Shown here: positions 1 through 8,836 of the stretch, in pieces
Layout: each line of letters starts with the position of its first letter
Position numbering within the stretch: the first letter of the stretch is position 1
Origin: Pseudoalteromonas tetraodonis
GTDB lineage: Bacteria > Pseudomonadota > Gammaproteobacteria > Enterobacterales > Alteromonadaceae
Length of the DNA: 32,000 bases
Direction: 5' to 3'
Assembly: GCF_002310835.1 (NCBI RefSeq)
Contig: NZ_CP011042.1
Location: 420,001 to 452,000, forward strand
Program-made: the position numbers and the translations under genes
Notes under the pieces: generated by a model
Databases searched by the model: none
The model's input: only the letters and a program-made list of their open reading frames with translations
Told to the model about the DNA's origin: nothing

Positions 1-25
1 GGTTTAACATTTAAAAATTAAACAT

Positions 26-53
26 AAAAAAAGCAGCCTTAGCTGCTTTTTTT
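26..53 (-). terminator. Rho-independent (bidirectional) terminator downstream of the bacterioferritin pair
   Basis: Stem AGCAGC (32-37), loop CTTA, stem GCTGCT (42-47), flanked by an A-run (26-32) and a T-run (47-53). On the minus strand the hairpin is followed by a U-run, 18 nt after the bfr stop at 71. Confidence 0.8.
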
Positions 54-70
54 GTATTTATAACTTTAAC

Positions 71-535
71 TTACAGTTGCGATTGTAAGTAGTTTTCAAG
101 CCCAGTGTTTTTGATCAACAGTTGTTGTGTTTCGAGCCAATCAATTTGTTCTTCTTGCTCATTTAAAATGTTGTCGAGCGCTTCACGGCTAATGTAATCT
201 TTCTTACTTTCAGCGAGTTTAATGGCAGCACGTAGCTCGTCTACGGTATCAAGTTCAAAGCTCATGTTAGCGGCAATCATTTCTTCGCTGTTTTCGCCTA
301 TACGTAAACGTCCTAAATCTTGAAGATTAGGTAAGCCTTCTAAAAATAAAATACGCTCAATTAAACGGTCGGCGTTTTTCATTTTTTGTATCGATACTTT
401 GTAATCAGCTTTGTCTAGTTTACTAAAACCAAAATCTTTAAACATACGTGCATGTAAAAAGTATTGGTTAATACCCACAAGCTCATTAGCAAGTACTTTA
501 TTTAGTGCTGCAATAACGTCTTTATCGCCTTTCAT
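71..535 (-). CDS. bfr: Bacterioferritin subunit, haem-ligand type (Met52 kept, ferroxidase ligands largely lost)
   Basis: The 154-aa protein is collinear with E. coli Bfr (MKGD..VI..LN..L.NELV.INQYFLHARMF...ADR.IERILFLEGLPNLQDLG). E18 and E94 are kept, but E51->K, H54->N, E127->Q and H130->Q. Met52 is retained (IQKMKNAD). Confidence 0.93.
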   Translation of the reverse strand: MKGDKDVIAALNKVLANELVGINQYFLHARMFKDFGFSKLDKADYKVSIQKMKNADRLIERILFLEGLPNLQDLGRLRIGENSEEMIAANMSFELDTVDELRAAIKLAESKKDYISREALDNILNEQEEQIDWLETQQLLIKNTGLENYLQSQL

Positions 536-546
536 AATATAAGTCC

Positions 547-1020
547 TTATTCGCCCATTTGAGCTTGGTGATAGTTTTGAGTGCCAATTTTGTCAATCAG
601 ACCCAATTGTTGCTCTAACCAGTAGACGTGATCTTCTTCGGTATCAAATAATAGCTTTTCTAGAATTTCACGTGATTGATAATCTTGCTGTTGTTCACAG
701 ATGGCAATAACTTCTTTAACACACTCAACCACTTCAAGTTCTAAGGTTAAGTCGTTTTGCATCATGCTTTTTACATCGTCACCAATTAACAGATCACGAC
801 GTTTGGTCATGTTTGGTACGCCTTCTAAAAAAAGAATACGCTTGATTAGCCAGTCAGCGTGGTCTTTTTCTTCTTCCATTTCATGGTTAAGACGCTCATA
901 AAGTTTGTTTAAGCCCCAATCATCGTACATACGAGAATGAATAAAATACTGGTCAATAGCAGCTAATTCGTTAGCTAACAATGTATTGAAGGCGTCGATT
1001 ACTTTTTGATTACCTTTCAT
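547..1020 (-). CDS. bfr: Bacterioferritin subunit, ferroxidase type (all di-iron ligands kept, Met52 replaced by Lys)
   Basis: This 157-aa Bfr-family protein keeps E18, E51, H54 (EEEKDHAD), E94 (LTLELE) and the E127/H130 equivalents (TEEDHVYWLE). Position 52 is Lys. An 11-nt gap to the downstream bfr implies an operon. Confidence 0.93.
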   Translation of the reverse strand: MKGNQKVIDAFNTLLANELAAIDQYFIHSRMYDDWGLNKLYERLNHEMEEEKDHADWLIKRILFLEGVPNMTKRRDLLIGDDVKSMMQNDLTLELEVVECVKEVIAICEQQQDYQSREILEKLLFDTEEDHVYWLEQQLGLIDKIGTQNYHQAQMGE

Positions 1021-1576
1021 AGCGCTTATCCTAAAAATTCTAATTGTGGCTAGTCTAGTATATAGGCACAGAATTGCAAGTAATTTACTTATAAATCATA
1101 TGGTTAATATTGAGTTTGATTCTTGTTTAAGTTTGCATTGCTGGCTGACAAATGGACAAGTTGTTATTTGTATTTTAGATCAGCAAGTTACATTTTTTAT
1201 AACATAAAAAGGCATACTTACTAAGGTTATTAAGTAAAGTATTGCAGCTATTCTAAGTGTTGAGGTTGTTCTTTTACGCTTTATTACTTCGAATTCTGGG
1301 ATGAATACAGTAAAACTGAAATATTTACACAACTGAGTTTTTTCACTCAATTTATTTTGTAGCCACTCTCGTAATCTAATTATTGCTATTGTAGCGGGGT
1401 GATGTCTTTGCACCCAGCTCACGGCTCTGTAATTAATGAAGTAAGAAAGGCTAAGGAGCAGGGAAGTGGACATTTATTGTTTACACAAATATCCGTGAAA
1501 AAAGCAGATAAAGCTGAAAACTTAATGCTGCCTCTTGCAGCAGCAACTATCAGTACTCTTTAATTTAATTAATTTG

Positions 1577-1591
1577 TGATAATACTTATCT
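1577..1591. promoter_or_regulatory. Candidate Fur box
   Basis: TGATAATACTTATCT differs from the 7-1-7 Fur consensus TGATAATnATTATCA at 2 positions. It lies in a 680-bp gap with no convincing CDS, between the CDF gene and the bfr operon. Confidence 0.35.
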
Positions 1592-1698
1592 ATCGTATTT
1601 TTGTAGCGGTTTAAATAAAAACCGCTGAGAAGTCTATCTAATATAAGTAAACCTACTTAGAGCTTTAATGTAATCATTTTGGTTATTGAAAACAGTGA

Positions 1699-2553
1699 TT
1701 AGTAACACTCGATTACACAGTGCTCAATTGCAAATTCATCATGTAAATAATGTTTAATGGCGTTAAGCTCAATAAGGGTATCTGTTTGCATCACAATTTC
1801 ACAGTGTGTGGTGTTATCGTCGAGTTGCCATGCTTTTATTGATTTTATTTGAGTAATGGCAAACTGTTGCAGTAACTTTTTACTGATAAGTTGCTGGTCA
1901 AAACCAATGGGGGCTGCCTGCATTAAAATGCTGCAGCTGGCTTTAAGTAATAATACGCCGTGATAAATAACATACAGTGATATCAATATCGTCGCTATTA
2001 AATCAACTACATACCACTGGTATAAAATAATTAAAGTACCGGCAATAATAACCACAATAGAGGCCATGGCATCAGACACATTATGAATAAACGCCGCCTT
2101 TATATTCATGTTGTTTTTAGCGCCGGCTTTAAAGGTTAATAATGCAGTGACTAAATCAATGAATAGCGCTACTGCAGCAACCCACACAATGATCCAGCCA
2201 TTGATAGGTTGAGGGTTTAAATAACTACTTATGGCCTCAAAAATTAAATAACCACCGATGACTATTAACGTGGTGCTATTAAAAAGAGTTGCTAGAATTT
2301 CTGCACGTTTGTAGCCAAAATGGTGGGTTGTATCAGCTTGCTTATTGCCAATTTTTCGAGCAACGAGGGCAATAAAAATTGAGGCCGCATCACTTAGGTT
2401 ATGTAATGCATCGGCAATTAATGAAAGACTGCCGGAAAATACGCCGCCAACAACTTGCACTGCAGTCAGTAAAACATTTATAAATACGGCAAGAGTGAGC
2501 TGTTTATCACTTTGGTTATCATCAACGTGACTGTGTGAATGACCATGACCCAT
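1699..2553 (-). CDS. Cation diffusion facilitator (CzcD/ZitB-like) divalent metal efflux transporter
   Basis: It has a His-rich N-terminus (GHGHSHSH), the TM2 motif ADALHNLSD and the TM5 motif FIHNVSD (HxxxD metal site), about six hydrophobic helices and a C-terminal cytoplasmic domain. Confidence 0.9.
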   Translation of the reverse strand: MGHGHSHSHVDDNQSDKQLTLAVFINVLLTAVQVVGGVFSGSLSLIADALHNLSDAASIFIALVARKIGNKQADTTHHFGYKRAEILATLFNSTTLIVIGGYLIFEAISSYLNPQPINGWIIVWVAAVALFIDLVTALLTFKAGAKNNMNIKAAFIHNVSDAMASIVVIIAGTLIILYQWYVVDLIATILISLYVIYHGVLLLKASCSILMQAAPIGFDQQLISKKLLQQFAITQIKSIKAWQLDDNTTHCEIVMQTDTLIELNAIKHYLHDEFAIEHCVIECY

Positions 2554-2819
2554 TTTAGTTAAACTTCCTCATTGCTTTACTGTGTACTCATAATGACAAC
2601 TTTTTGCCATATATAAAAGCGTTGTTTTAATTTGTTTTTTTAATGCCCTAATGAATAAATTGAAATAAGCTCATGAACGTTACTTATTGAATATAAAACG
2701 ATATGCTAGGGTATAAATAAATGTATTAATGGCTTAAATTATCATAATTAGTTAAGCACTTTTTATATTAAATTAGATGCTTACCAGGCATAAAAGTAGT
2801 TTTTTAAGGGTCAATAACA

Positions 2820-3308
2820 ATGAACACAGCAATAGAAATTCGCGATGCAAAGCCAAGTGATGCAAAAACAATTCTACACTTTATCAATGAGCTTGCTATT
2901 TACGAAAAAGAACCTGATGCAGTTAAAACCGATGAGCAAGCCATTTTAAACACCCTGTTTTGTGAAGGCGCAACGGCGCACAGTTTAATATGTTTACAAG
3001 ATGATGAGCCAATAGGCTTTGCAGTATATTTTCACAACTACTCGACTTGGTTAGGTAAAAATGGTCTTTATCTAGAAGATTTATACGTGAGCCCAGATAG
3101 CCGCGGAAATGGCGCTGGTAAAGCCATTATGAAAGAACTGGCAAACAGAGCAATCAATAAAGACTGTGGTCGCTTTGAATGGGTGGTACTTGATTGGAAT
3201 AAACCCGCGATTGATTTTTATAATAGTATGGGCGCTGAGCCACAAAATGAATGGATTATATATCGTTTAACGGGTCAGGCATTAATTGATTTTGCAAATA
3301 AAGATTAG
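2820..3308 (+). CDS. GNAT family N-acetyltransferase, SSAT-like diamine/spermidine acetyltransferase
   Basis: Acetyl-CoA motif A is present (RGNGAGKAIMKEL). It is collinear with spermidine/spermine N1-acetyltransferase (I..LA.YE, LYLEDL.V....RG.G.G, W N.PAI.FY...GA). Confidence 0.85.
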   Translation: MNTAIEIRDAKPSDAKTILHFINELAIYEKEPDAVKTDEQAILNTLFCEGATAHSLICLQDDEPIGFAVYFHNYSTWLGKNGLYLEDLYVSPDSRGNGAGKAIMKELANRAINKDCGRFEWVVLDWNKPAIDFYNSMGAEPQNEWIIYRLTGQALIDFANKD

Positions 3309-3378
3309 TGCCGAATATGGCCAGTAATACGCTTAGTTTTTGCTAAGCTAAGCGCTACCTAATTTACAAGAGCATTTT

Positions 3379-4731
3379 ATGGGTGATCAGCACTGGCAAA
3401 AAGCACGTCAAAGTCGTGATGCGCGTTTCGATGGGCTTTTTTATGTAGCCGTTAAAAGTACCGGTATTTATTGCAGGCCAATTTGCCCTGCGCCCACAGC
3501 TCACGAAAAAAATGTAGTCTACTATCAGTTTGCGCACTCTGCCGCGCAAGCTGGTTTCAGGCCTTGTATTCGTTGTCGGCCCGATAGTGCACCAGGAAGT
3601 GCGGCTTGGCAGGGAACAAAAACAACGGCTCTACGAGCCAAGCAATTAATTGATCAGGATAATCAGCACGACTGCGAAAAGCTCGCCACGCGTTTAGGAA
3701 TAAGCAGCCGTTATTTAAGGCGATTATTTTCTCAATATTTTGGCATTTCTATCACGCAATATCGATTGTTTAACCAATGTCATTTTGCAAAAAAATTGAT
3801 TCAAGAAACTAGCTTACCGCTTACCGAGATAGCGTTTGCCTCAGGCTTTAAAAGTGTTAGGCGTTTTAATGATGCTTTTTTAAAACAACTTAATATTGCG
3901 CCCTCAGCGCTCAGAACCGCCAAGCACCCAGCTGATATTGGGCTCACCTTAATTTTGCCTTTTCGTCCGCCGTATAACTGGCAGGCATTGCATGGGTTTT
4001 TAGCAAAACGATTAATTCAGCCAATAGAGTGGTTAACGCCAACCAGTTATGGGCGTACTTTTACTTATAAATCGTGTAGAGGGCGTTTTGATGCTGAGTT
4101 TGTTGCAGATAAACATCATTTTCGGGTGCAAATTGATATAGATAATACGCAATATTTACATCCAGTTATTAACAACATTCGCCGTATACTTGATTTAGAT
4201 GCAGATACTTATTTAATTGAGGCGCATTTAAGCGAACACATTAATAATGCATTTCCACTTACTAAAGGCTTAAGGTTACCGGGTATTTGGTCAAGTTTTG
4301 AGGCGGGAGTTAGGGCTGTACTTGGGCAACAAGTCAGTGTAGCAGCGGCGCACAACCTAGTGACTAATTTAGTAACACAGCTTGGTGAAAAGCAACACCA
4401 ACAGGTCTATTTTCCTGAGCCTGAAGTGTTAGCACACAGTGATTTTGCATTCTTTAAAATGCCACAGGCGCGTAAAAATGCATTGCATAACCTCGCTGAA
4501 TTTTGTGCCGTGAATCCAGATTGTGATGACTTAGATCAATGGCTTAGTTTAAAAGGGATTGGCCCATGGACGGTTAATTATGCAAAGTTACGCGGCCAAA
4601 GCCAGCCCGATATTTTACTCGATGGTGATTTAGGGGTTAAAAAAGCCCAAGCGGCAGTACGTTCTTTTGAACCTAAGAACTGCGCACCATTTCGATCTTA
4701 CTTAACTTTTCAACTTTGGCAGCAATTATGA
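3379..4731 (+). CDS. alkA: Ada N-terminal Zn/methyl-phosphotriester domain + AraC HTH + AlkA (DNA-3-methyladenine glycosylase II) fusion protein
   Basis: The four Ada Cys ligands are present ([10 protein letters not shown] ... FRPCIRCRP), followed by an AraC-type HTH ([21 protein letters not shown] ... [17 protein letters not shown]). An HhH-GPD glycosylase region follows ([16 protein letters not shown]...[13 protein letters not shown]). Confidence 0.88.
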   Translation: MGDQHWQKARQSRDARFDGLFYVAVKSTGIYCRPICPAPTAHEKNVVYYQFAHSAAQAGFRPCIRCRPDSAPGSAAWQGTKTTALRAKQLIDQDNQHDCEKLATRLGISSRYLRRLFSQYFGISITQYRLFNQCHFAKKLIQETSLPLTEIAFASGFKSVRRFNDAFLKQLNIAPSALRTAKHPADIGLTLILPFRPPYNWQALHGFLAKRLIQPIEWLTPTSYGRTFTYKSCRGRFDAEFVADKHHFRVQIDIDNTQYLHPVINNIRRILDLDADTYLIEAHLSEHINNAFPLTKGLRLPGIWSSFEAGVRAVLGQQVSVAAAHNLVTNLVTQLGEKQHQQVYFPEPEVLAHSDFAFFKMPQARKNALHNLAEFCAVNPDCDDLDQWLSLKGIGPWTVNYAKLRGQSQPDILLDGDLGVKKAQAAVRSFEPKNCAPFRSYLTFQLWQQL

Positions 4732-5195
4732 TAGTGCAAACCAGTTTACCCAGCCCGATTGATGACATTATTATTCAGGCAACTGAAAAAGGTATTAGTT
4801 ATGTGGGGTTTTATCCACCGGCCAGTTATATCAGTACGCCTTTAAACGAGATAAATAATTCGCATGTTTTATCTTGTGTGGCGCAGCTTAATGAGTACTT
4901 TGCTCATTCGCGTACCGAGTTTGATTTAGAACTCGATACTGGCGGTACGCCATTTCAGCAAAGTGTATGGCAAGCATTGTGTAGCGTACCCTATGGAAAA
5001 GTGGCGACTTATAAAGATATTGCCGAGCAGTTAAACAACCCTAAAGCTGTGAGAGCGGTAGGGGCTGCAAATGGAAAAAACCCAATCAGTATTATTGTGC
5101 CGTGTCATCGTATTATTGGCGCAAATAAAAAACTAACTGGTTATGCAGGTGGTTTAGAGCGCAAGCAATGGTTACTAGAGCATGAAGCAAAATAA
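4728..5195 (+). CDS. ogt: Methylated-DNA--protein-cysteine S-methyltransferase (Ogt / AdaB-like)
   Basis: The PCHRIIG active-site motif and [22 protein letters not shown] are present. The ATG at 4728 overlaps the upstream TGA (ATGA, 4728-4731). The ORF track offers an alternative TTG start at 4716. Confidence 0.9.
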   Translation: MIVQTSLPSPIDDIIIQATEKGISYVGFYPPASYISTPLNEINNSHVLSCVAQLNEYFAHSRTEFDLELDTGGTPFQQSVWQALCSVPYGKVATYKDIAEQLNNPKAVRAVGAANGKNPISIIVPCHRIIGANKKLTGYAGGLERKQWLLEHEAK

Positions 5196-5275
5196 ATAGC
5201 TAAATAACGTATCCAAATTTGTATTCTGAGCACTTTAAGGTAGCATAAGCGCACTTTTTATTTGAAGGCACGACA

Positions 5276-5860
5276 ATGGCGCAATTATACTTTTACTACT
5301 CTGCAATGAATGCAGGTAAATCAACCACCTTACTACAATCTGCATTCAATTATAAAGAACGTGGTATGGAGCCGGTGATCCTCACGGCGGCTATCGATGA
5401 TAGAGCCGGAGTGGGTAAAGTATCCTCACGTATTGGCTTGCAAGCAGATGCGCATATTTATGATGCAGATATAGATGTTTTTGCGCTTATTCAAGCTCTT
5501 AATGCAGATAAAAAACGCCATTGTGTGCTGGTAGATGAATGTCAGTTTTTATCAAAAGACCAAGTTATGCAGTTAACCGATGTGGTTGATGAGTTAGGAA
5601 TACCCGTATTGTGTTACGGATTGCGCAACGACTTTAGAGGGGAGCTGTTTATAGGGTCACAGTATTTACTTGCTTGGGCTGATAAGCTAATTGAGCTTAA
5701 AACGGTGTGTCATTGTGGGCGTAAAGCAAATCACGTATTACGTACCGATGAAAATGGTGAGGCTATTGCCGATGGTAAGCAAGTAGAAATTGGCGGCAAC
5801 GACCGTTATGAGTCGGTGTGCCGCAAACATTATAAAGCCGCGTTAAATATGGGCCGTTAA
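5276..5860 (+). CDS. tdk: Thymidine kinase
   Basis: It has the [18 protein letters not shown]-loop N-terminus, VDECQFL and the C-terminal Zn ribbon CxCG...C..H, typical of gammaproteobacterial Tdk. Confidence 0.95.
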   Translation: MAQLYFYYSAMNAGKSTTLLQSAFNYKERGMEPVILTAAIDDRAGVGKVSSRIGLQADAHIYDADIDVFALIQALNADKKRHCVLVDECQFLSKDQVMQLTDVVDELGIPVLCYGLRNDFRGELFIGSQYLLAWADKLIELKTVCHCGRKANHVLRTDENGEAIADGKQVEIGGNDRYESVCRKHYKAALNMGR

Positions 5861-6847
5861 GGCTTTAATAAAGGTATCTATATCCGCTTGGGTAATACCT
5901 AAATGGGTTACTAGCCTAAGTTGCTTACTTGGGCTAATAAGAATGCCTTGTGCTTTTAAATCGGCTGCTAGCTTTGTGATGTTTATGCTGTTATCAAACG
6001 TAGCGTAAACCATATTTGTGGTATTACTCATATTTACTTCAAAGCCTGAAATTTCACTTAACTGCTGTGCTAAATAACGCGCATTAGCGTGATCATCGAC
6101 TAAACGTTGAGTGTTATTTTCTAACGCATATTGCCCCGCAGCAGCTAACATACCCGCTTGGCGCATACCGCCGCCAAGCACTTTACGCCAGCGTCTTGCT
6201 TTAGCGATTAACTGCTCAGAACCTAATAATAATGAGCCAACAGGTGCACCTAAGCCTTTTGATAAACAAATAGAGACTGAATCAAAGTGTTTGGTGATTT
6301 CTTTAATATCAAGGTTAAGCTCGGCTGCGGCATTAAATGCTCGCGCGCCATCTAAATGCAGTGCTAAGTTATGTTGATCAACAAATTCACGTGCTTTAAT
6401 TAAATAATCAATACCCAGTACTTTGCCACCTATGGTGTTTTCAAGGCTCAGTAATCGCGTTTTCGCAAAGTGGCTATCATCGGGTTTTATTGCAGCAGCA
6501 ATTTTAGTAAAACATAGGCTACCATCGGCTTCATTTTCAATAGGTTGTGGTTGAATAGAGCCTAAAACGGCAGCGCCACCGCCTTCAAACTTGTAGTTAT
6601 GAGCACTTTGCCCACAAATATACTCATCACCTCGCTCACAATGCGCCATTAATGCCAATAAGTTTGCTTGCGTGCCGGAGCTACAAAATAATGCATCGGC
6701 CACATTAAAACGCAATCTAGCATAGGCTTCCAATTGGTTAACGCTTTCATCATCACCGTATACATCATCGCCAACCGGGGCATGATACATAATATCTCGC
6801 ATTTTATTGCAAGGCTTGGTCACTGTGTCTGAGCGAAAATCTATCAT
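5843..6847 (-). CDS. ltaE: Low-specificity L-threonine aldolase (PLP-dependent)
   Basis: It has the [13 protein letters not shown]-terminus, [14 protein letters not shown] and the [17 protein letters not shown]-lysine region. The 18-nt gap to rlmF contains an AAGGA Shine-Dalgarno, suggesting co-transcription. Confidence 0.93.
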   Translation of the reverse strand: MIDFRSDTVTKPCNKMRDIMYHAPVGDDVYGDDESVNQLEAYARLRFNVADALFCSSGTQANLLALMAHCERGDEYICGQSAHNYKFEGGGAAVLGSIQPQPIENEADGSLCFTKIAAAIKPDDSHFAKTRLLSLENTIGGKVLGIDYLIKAREFVDQHNLALHLDGARAFNAAAELNLDIKEITKHFDSVSICLSKGLGAPVGSLLLGSEQLIAKARRWRKVLGGGMRQAGMLAAAGQYALENNTQRLVDDHANARYLAQQLSEISGFEVNMSNTTNMVYATFDNSINITKLAADLKAQGILISPSKQLRLVTHLGITQADIDTFIKALTAHI

Positions 6848-6865
6848 GAGTGGTCCTTATGGTTG

Positions 6866-7798
6866 TTATATGAATTCTTCACAAATTTGTTCACGGGTCG
6901 TTTTATCAAAATAACTCCACGCAATAAAGCGACTGACTTTTTGCCCTTGTGCCATTTCAACGATTTTATAGTCGCAAATAGGGAGCTGTTTTAGCTGTGT
7001 TTGTAAAGCAGCAAGGGTCTCTTTTTTAGAAACCAACGAGGTGAACCAGATCACTTGCTCACTGAACTGAGCGCTTTCTTTGATCATGTTAGAAATAAAG
7101 GTCAGCTCGCCGCCTTCACACCATAACTCATTACTTTGGCCACCAAAGTTGAGGGCGTTACTGGGGGCTTTACCTAAGTTTTTCCATTTACGCTCACTGC
7201 CTTTATTGGCTTCTTCTGCGCTGGCATGAAATGGCGGGTTACACATCGTTAGGTGATATAAATCTTTCGCATTAACCACCCCTTTAAAAATATGCTCGGG
7301 ATTTTTTTGTTGTTTAAGCGTTATTTTTAAATCATTAAACTGAGCGAGCTGCTTGGCTATTTTTATTGCTGCTAAATCGATGTCGCTGCCAGTAAAGTGC
7401 CATTGGTATTCGCTATTGCCCGTTAGCGGGTAAACTAAGTTAGCGCCAGTGCCTATATCAAGCACTTTAATTTGTCGGCCAGTGGGAATAACCTGCTGAT
7501 TATCTTCGCTGAGTAAGTCAGCTAAGTAATGAATATAGTCAACTCTTCCTGGAATAGGTGGGCATAAGTTGTGCTTAGGTATGTCCCAAAAGTTAATGTT
7601 GTAATGACTTTTTAATAGCGCCTGATTCAAGGTTTTTACAGCTAAGTTATTACTAAAATCAATACTTTGATTGCCTGCTGGCGTCGTAATTAAAAAAGCA
7701 GTTAACGAAGGGGTTTGCGAGGTAAGCAAATTAAAATCGTAACCATTTTTGTGTTGATTGCGCGGATGTAATTTAGAACGAGTTGATTTTGCTTTCAT
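6866..7798 (-). CDS. rlmF: 23S rRNA (adenine1618-N6)-methyltransferase
   Basis: It is collinear with E. coli RlmF/YbiN throughout: LHPRN.H...YD, CPP.PGR.DYIH.LADLL, the catalytic motif CNPPFH, ALNFGGQ..ELWCEGGE and MAQGQK.SRFIAW. Confidence 0.93.
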   Translation of the reverse strand: MKAKSTRSKLHPRNQHKNGYDFNLLTSQTPSLTAFLITTPAGNQSIDFSNNLAVKTLNQALLKSHYNINFWDIPKHNLCPPIPGRVDYIHYLADLLSEDNQQVIPTGRQIKVLDIGTGANLVYPLTGNSEYQWHFTGSDIDLAAIKIAKQLAQFNDLKITLKQQKNPEHIFKGVVNAKDLYHLTMCNPPFHASAEEANKGSERKWKNLGKAPSNALNFGGQSNELWCEGGELTFISNMIKESAQFSEQVIWFTSLVSKKETLAALQTQLKQLPICDYKIVEMAQGQKVSRFIAWSYFDKTTREQICEEFI

Positions 7799-7927
7799 GA
7801 GGCTTTTTTAACAACAGGAATAAAAGCCAATAGTAACAAATACAGACAGAAAAAGTGCATAATTTTCCCTTTGGCTTACCAGACATTACTGGTAGGATGA
7901 GTTGTTAGCAATTATAAGGAATTCGCT

Positions 7928-8836
7928 TTGGCAGTTACTCAACAATCTGTTTTTATTAAATTAGATGACCATCAAACACTGCATTTGCGCCGTATCGCCA
8001 ACCAGAAGCCGAGCGGCCCTGTGGTGTTATTAATTCATGGTGCGGTAGAAAATGGCAAAATATTTTACACTCATAGCAATAAAGGGTTAGCGCCTTTTTT
8101 AGCTGAACAAGGGTATTGTTGTTATGTCGCTGATTTACGCGGGCGTGGTGAAAGTAAACCTGCTATTTGTAAGCAAGCACGGTATGGACAAACTGAGGCG
8201 ATTGTTGAAGATATTCCGGCATTTATTGAAAAAATTGAACAGTTAGAGAGTAAAAAACCTGACTTTTTAGTTGCTCATTCTTGGGGTGGGGTGTTGCTTA
8301 ATAGCGTGTTTGCTCGCTTCCCTGAGCTGATAAACGATGTAAAAGCGTGTGCCTATTTTGGTTCAAAGCGTTCGCTATTTAATAACCACCCTAAAAAGTT
8401 ATTTCAGGCCAATTTAATTTGGTATTTTATGGCGCCAATATTAGCGAAAAAACACGGTTATTTACCAGCAAAACGCTTAAAGTGGGGCAGTGATGATGAA
8501 ACTCAAAAGTCCCATTATCAAAGTATGCAGTGGGCTAAGAAAAATCCGTGGATAGACAGTGATGATGGCTTTGATTACGCTAAAACATTAGCAAATCTCA
8601 CGCTTCCTCCGACGTTACATATTGCGGCAGTAAAAGATAAAGCATTGGCACAGCCTATCGATATTCAAAAGTTTATTGATGAGTCAGGTACTGGGGTGCA
8701 AAAAATGCAAATATATGGCCGCCGCTTTGGGCACAAAGTAGATTACGACCATATTAATATGCTTACCCATCCACAGGCACGCCAAGAACAATTTATAGAT
8801 GTGCTTAATTGGTTTGAGGCAACGAGAGCAAACTAA
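7928..8836 (+). CDS. Alpha/beta-fold hydrolase, substrate unknown
   Basis: It has an HG oxyanion region (LLIHGAVENG) and a nucleophile elbow AHSWGG (GxSxG-like). The start is TTG with an AAGGA Shine-Dalgarno 8 nt upstream. Confidence 0.75.
   Translation: MAVTQQSVFIKLDDHQTLHLRRIANQKPSGPVVLLIHGAVENGKIFYTHSNKGLAPFLAEQGYCCYVADLRGRGESKPAICKQARYGQTEAIVEDIPAFIEKIEQLESKKPDFLVAHSWGGVLLNSVFARFPELINDVKACAYFGSKRSLFNNHPKKLFQANLIWYFMAPILAKKHGYLPAKRLKWGSDDETQKSHYQSMQWAKKNPWIDSDDGFDYAKTLANLTLPPTLHIAAVKDKALAQPIDIQKFIDESGTGVQKMQIYGRRFGHKVDYDHINMLTHPQARQEQFIDVLNWFEATRAN

Noticed and set aside
701-901. Shadow ORFs antisense to or overlapping strongly supported genes: 701-901, 2345-2530, 3364-3549, 6111-6377, 8684-8869, 10019-10204, 12604-12870, 13458-13691, 14828-15196, 16305-16637, 16596-16823, 16689-17006, 16832-17026, 18256-18510, 18537-18854, 19471-19719, 22336-22761, 23500-23697, 26145-26489, 29051-29269, 29865-30119 and 30518-30718
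   Set aside because: Each lies inside, or out of frame with, a gene that has unambiguous family motifs. Their translations are low-complexity (Ser/Ala/Cys/Leu-rich), typical of antisense frames, and none has a recognisable domain.
1180-1473. 97-aa minus-strand ORF in the bfr/CDF gap
   Set aside because: No Shine-Dalgarno precedes the ATG (AAACAATAAATG) and I recognise no motif. The composition looks like translated AT-rich non-coding DNA. It is kept only as context for the Fur-box finding.
1605-1626. Hairpin AGCGGTTT/AAACCGCT considered as the terminator of the CDF gene
   Set aside because: Neither strand has a U-tract after the stem (ACAAAAATACG on the minus strand, GAGAAGTC on the plus strand). 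It is mentioned only within the gap finding.
2737-2749. 13-bp palindrome AATTATCATAATT in the CDF/GNAT divergent spacer, considered as a possible Fur/Zur operator
   Set aside because: It is made purely of A/T in a very AT-rich spacer, so chance occurrence is plausible. It matches neither the Zur (GTTATAnTATAAC-like) nor the Fur 7-1-7 arrangement.
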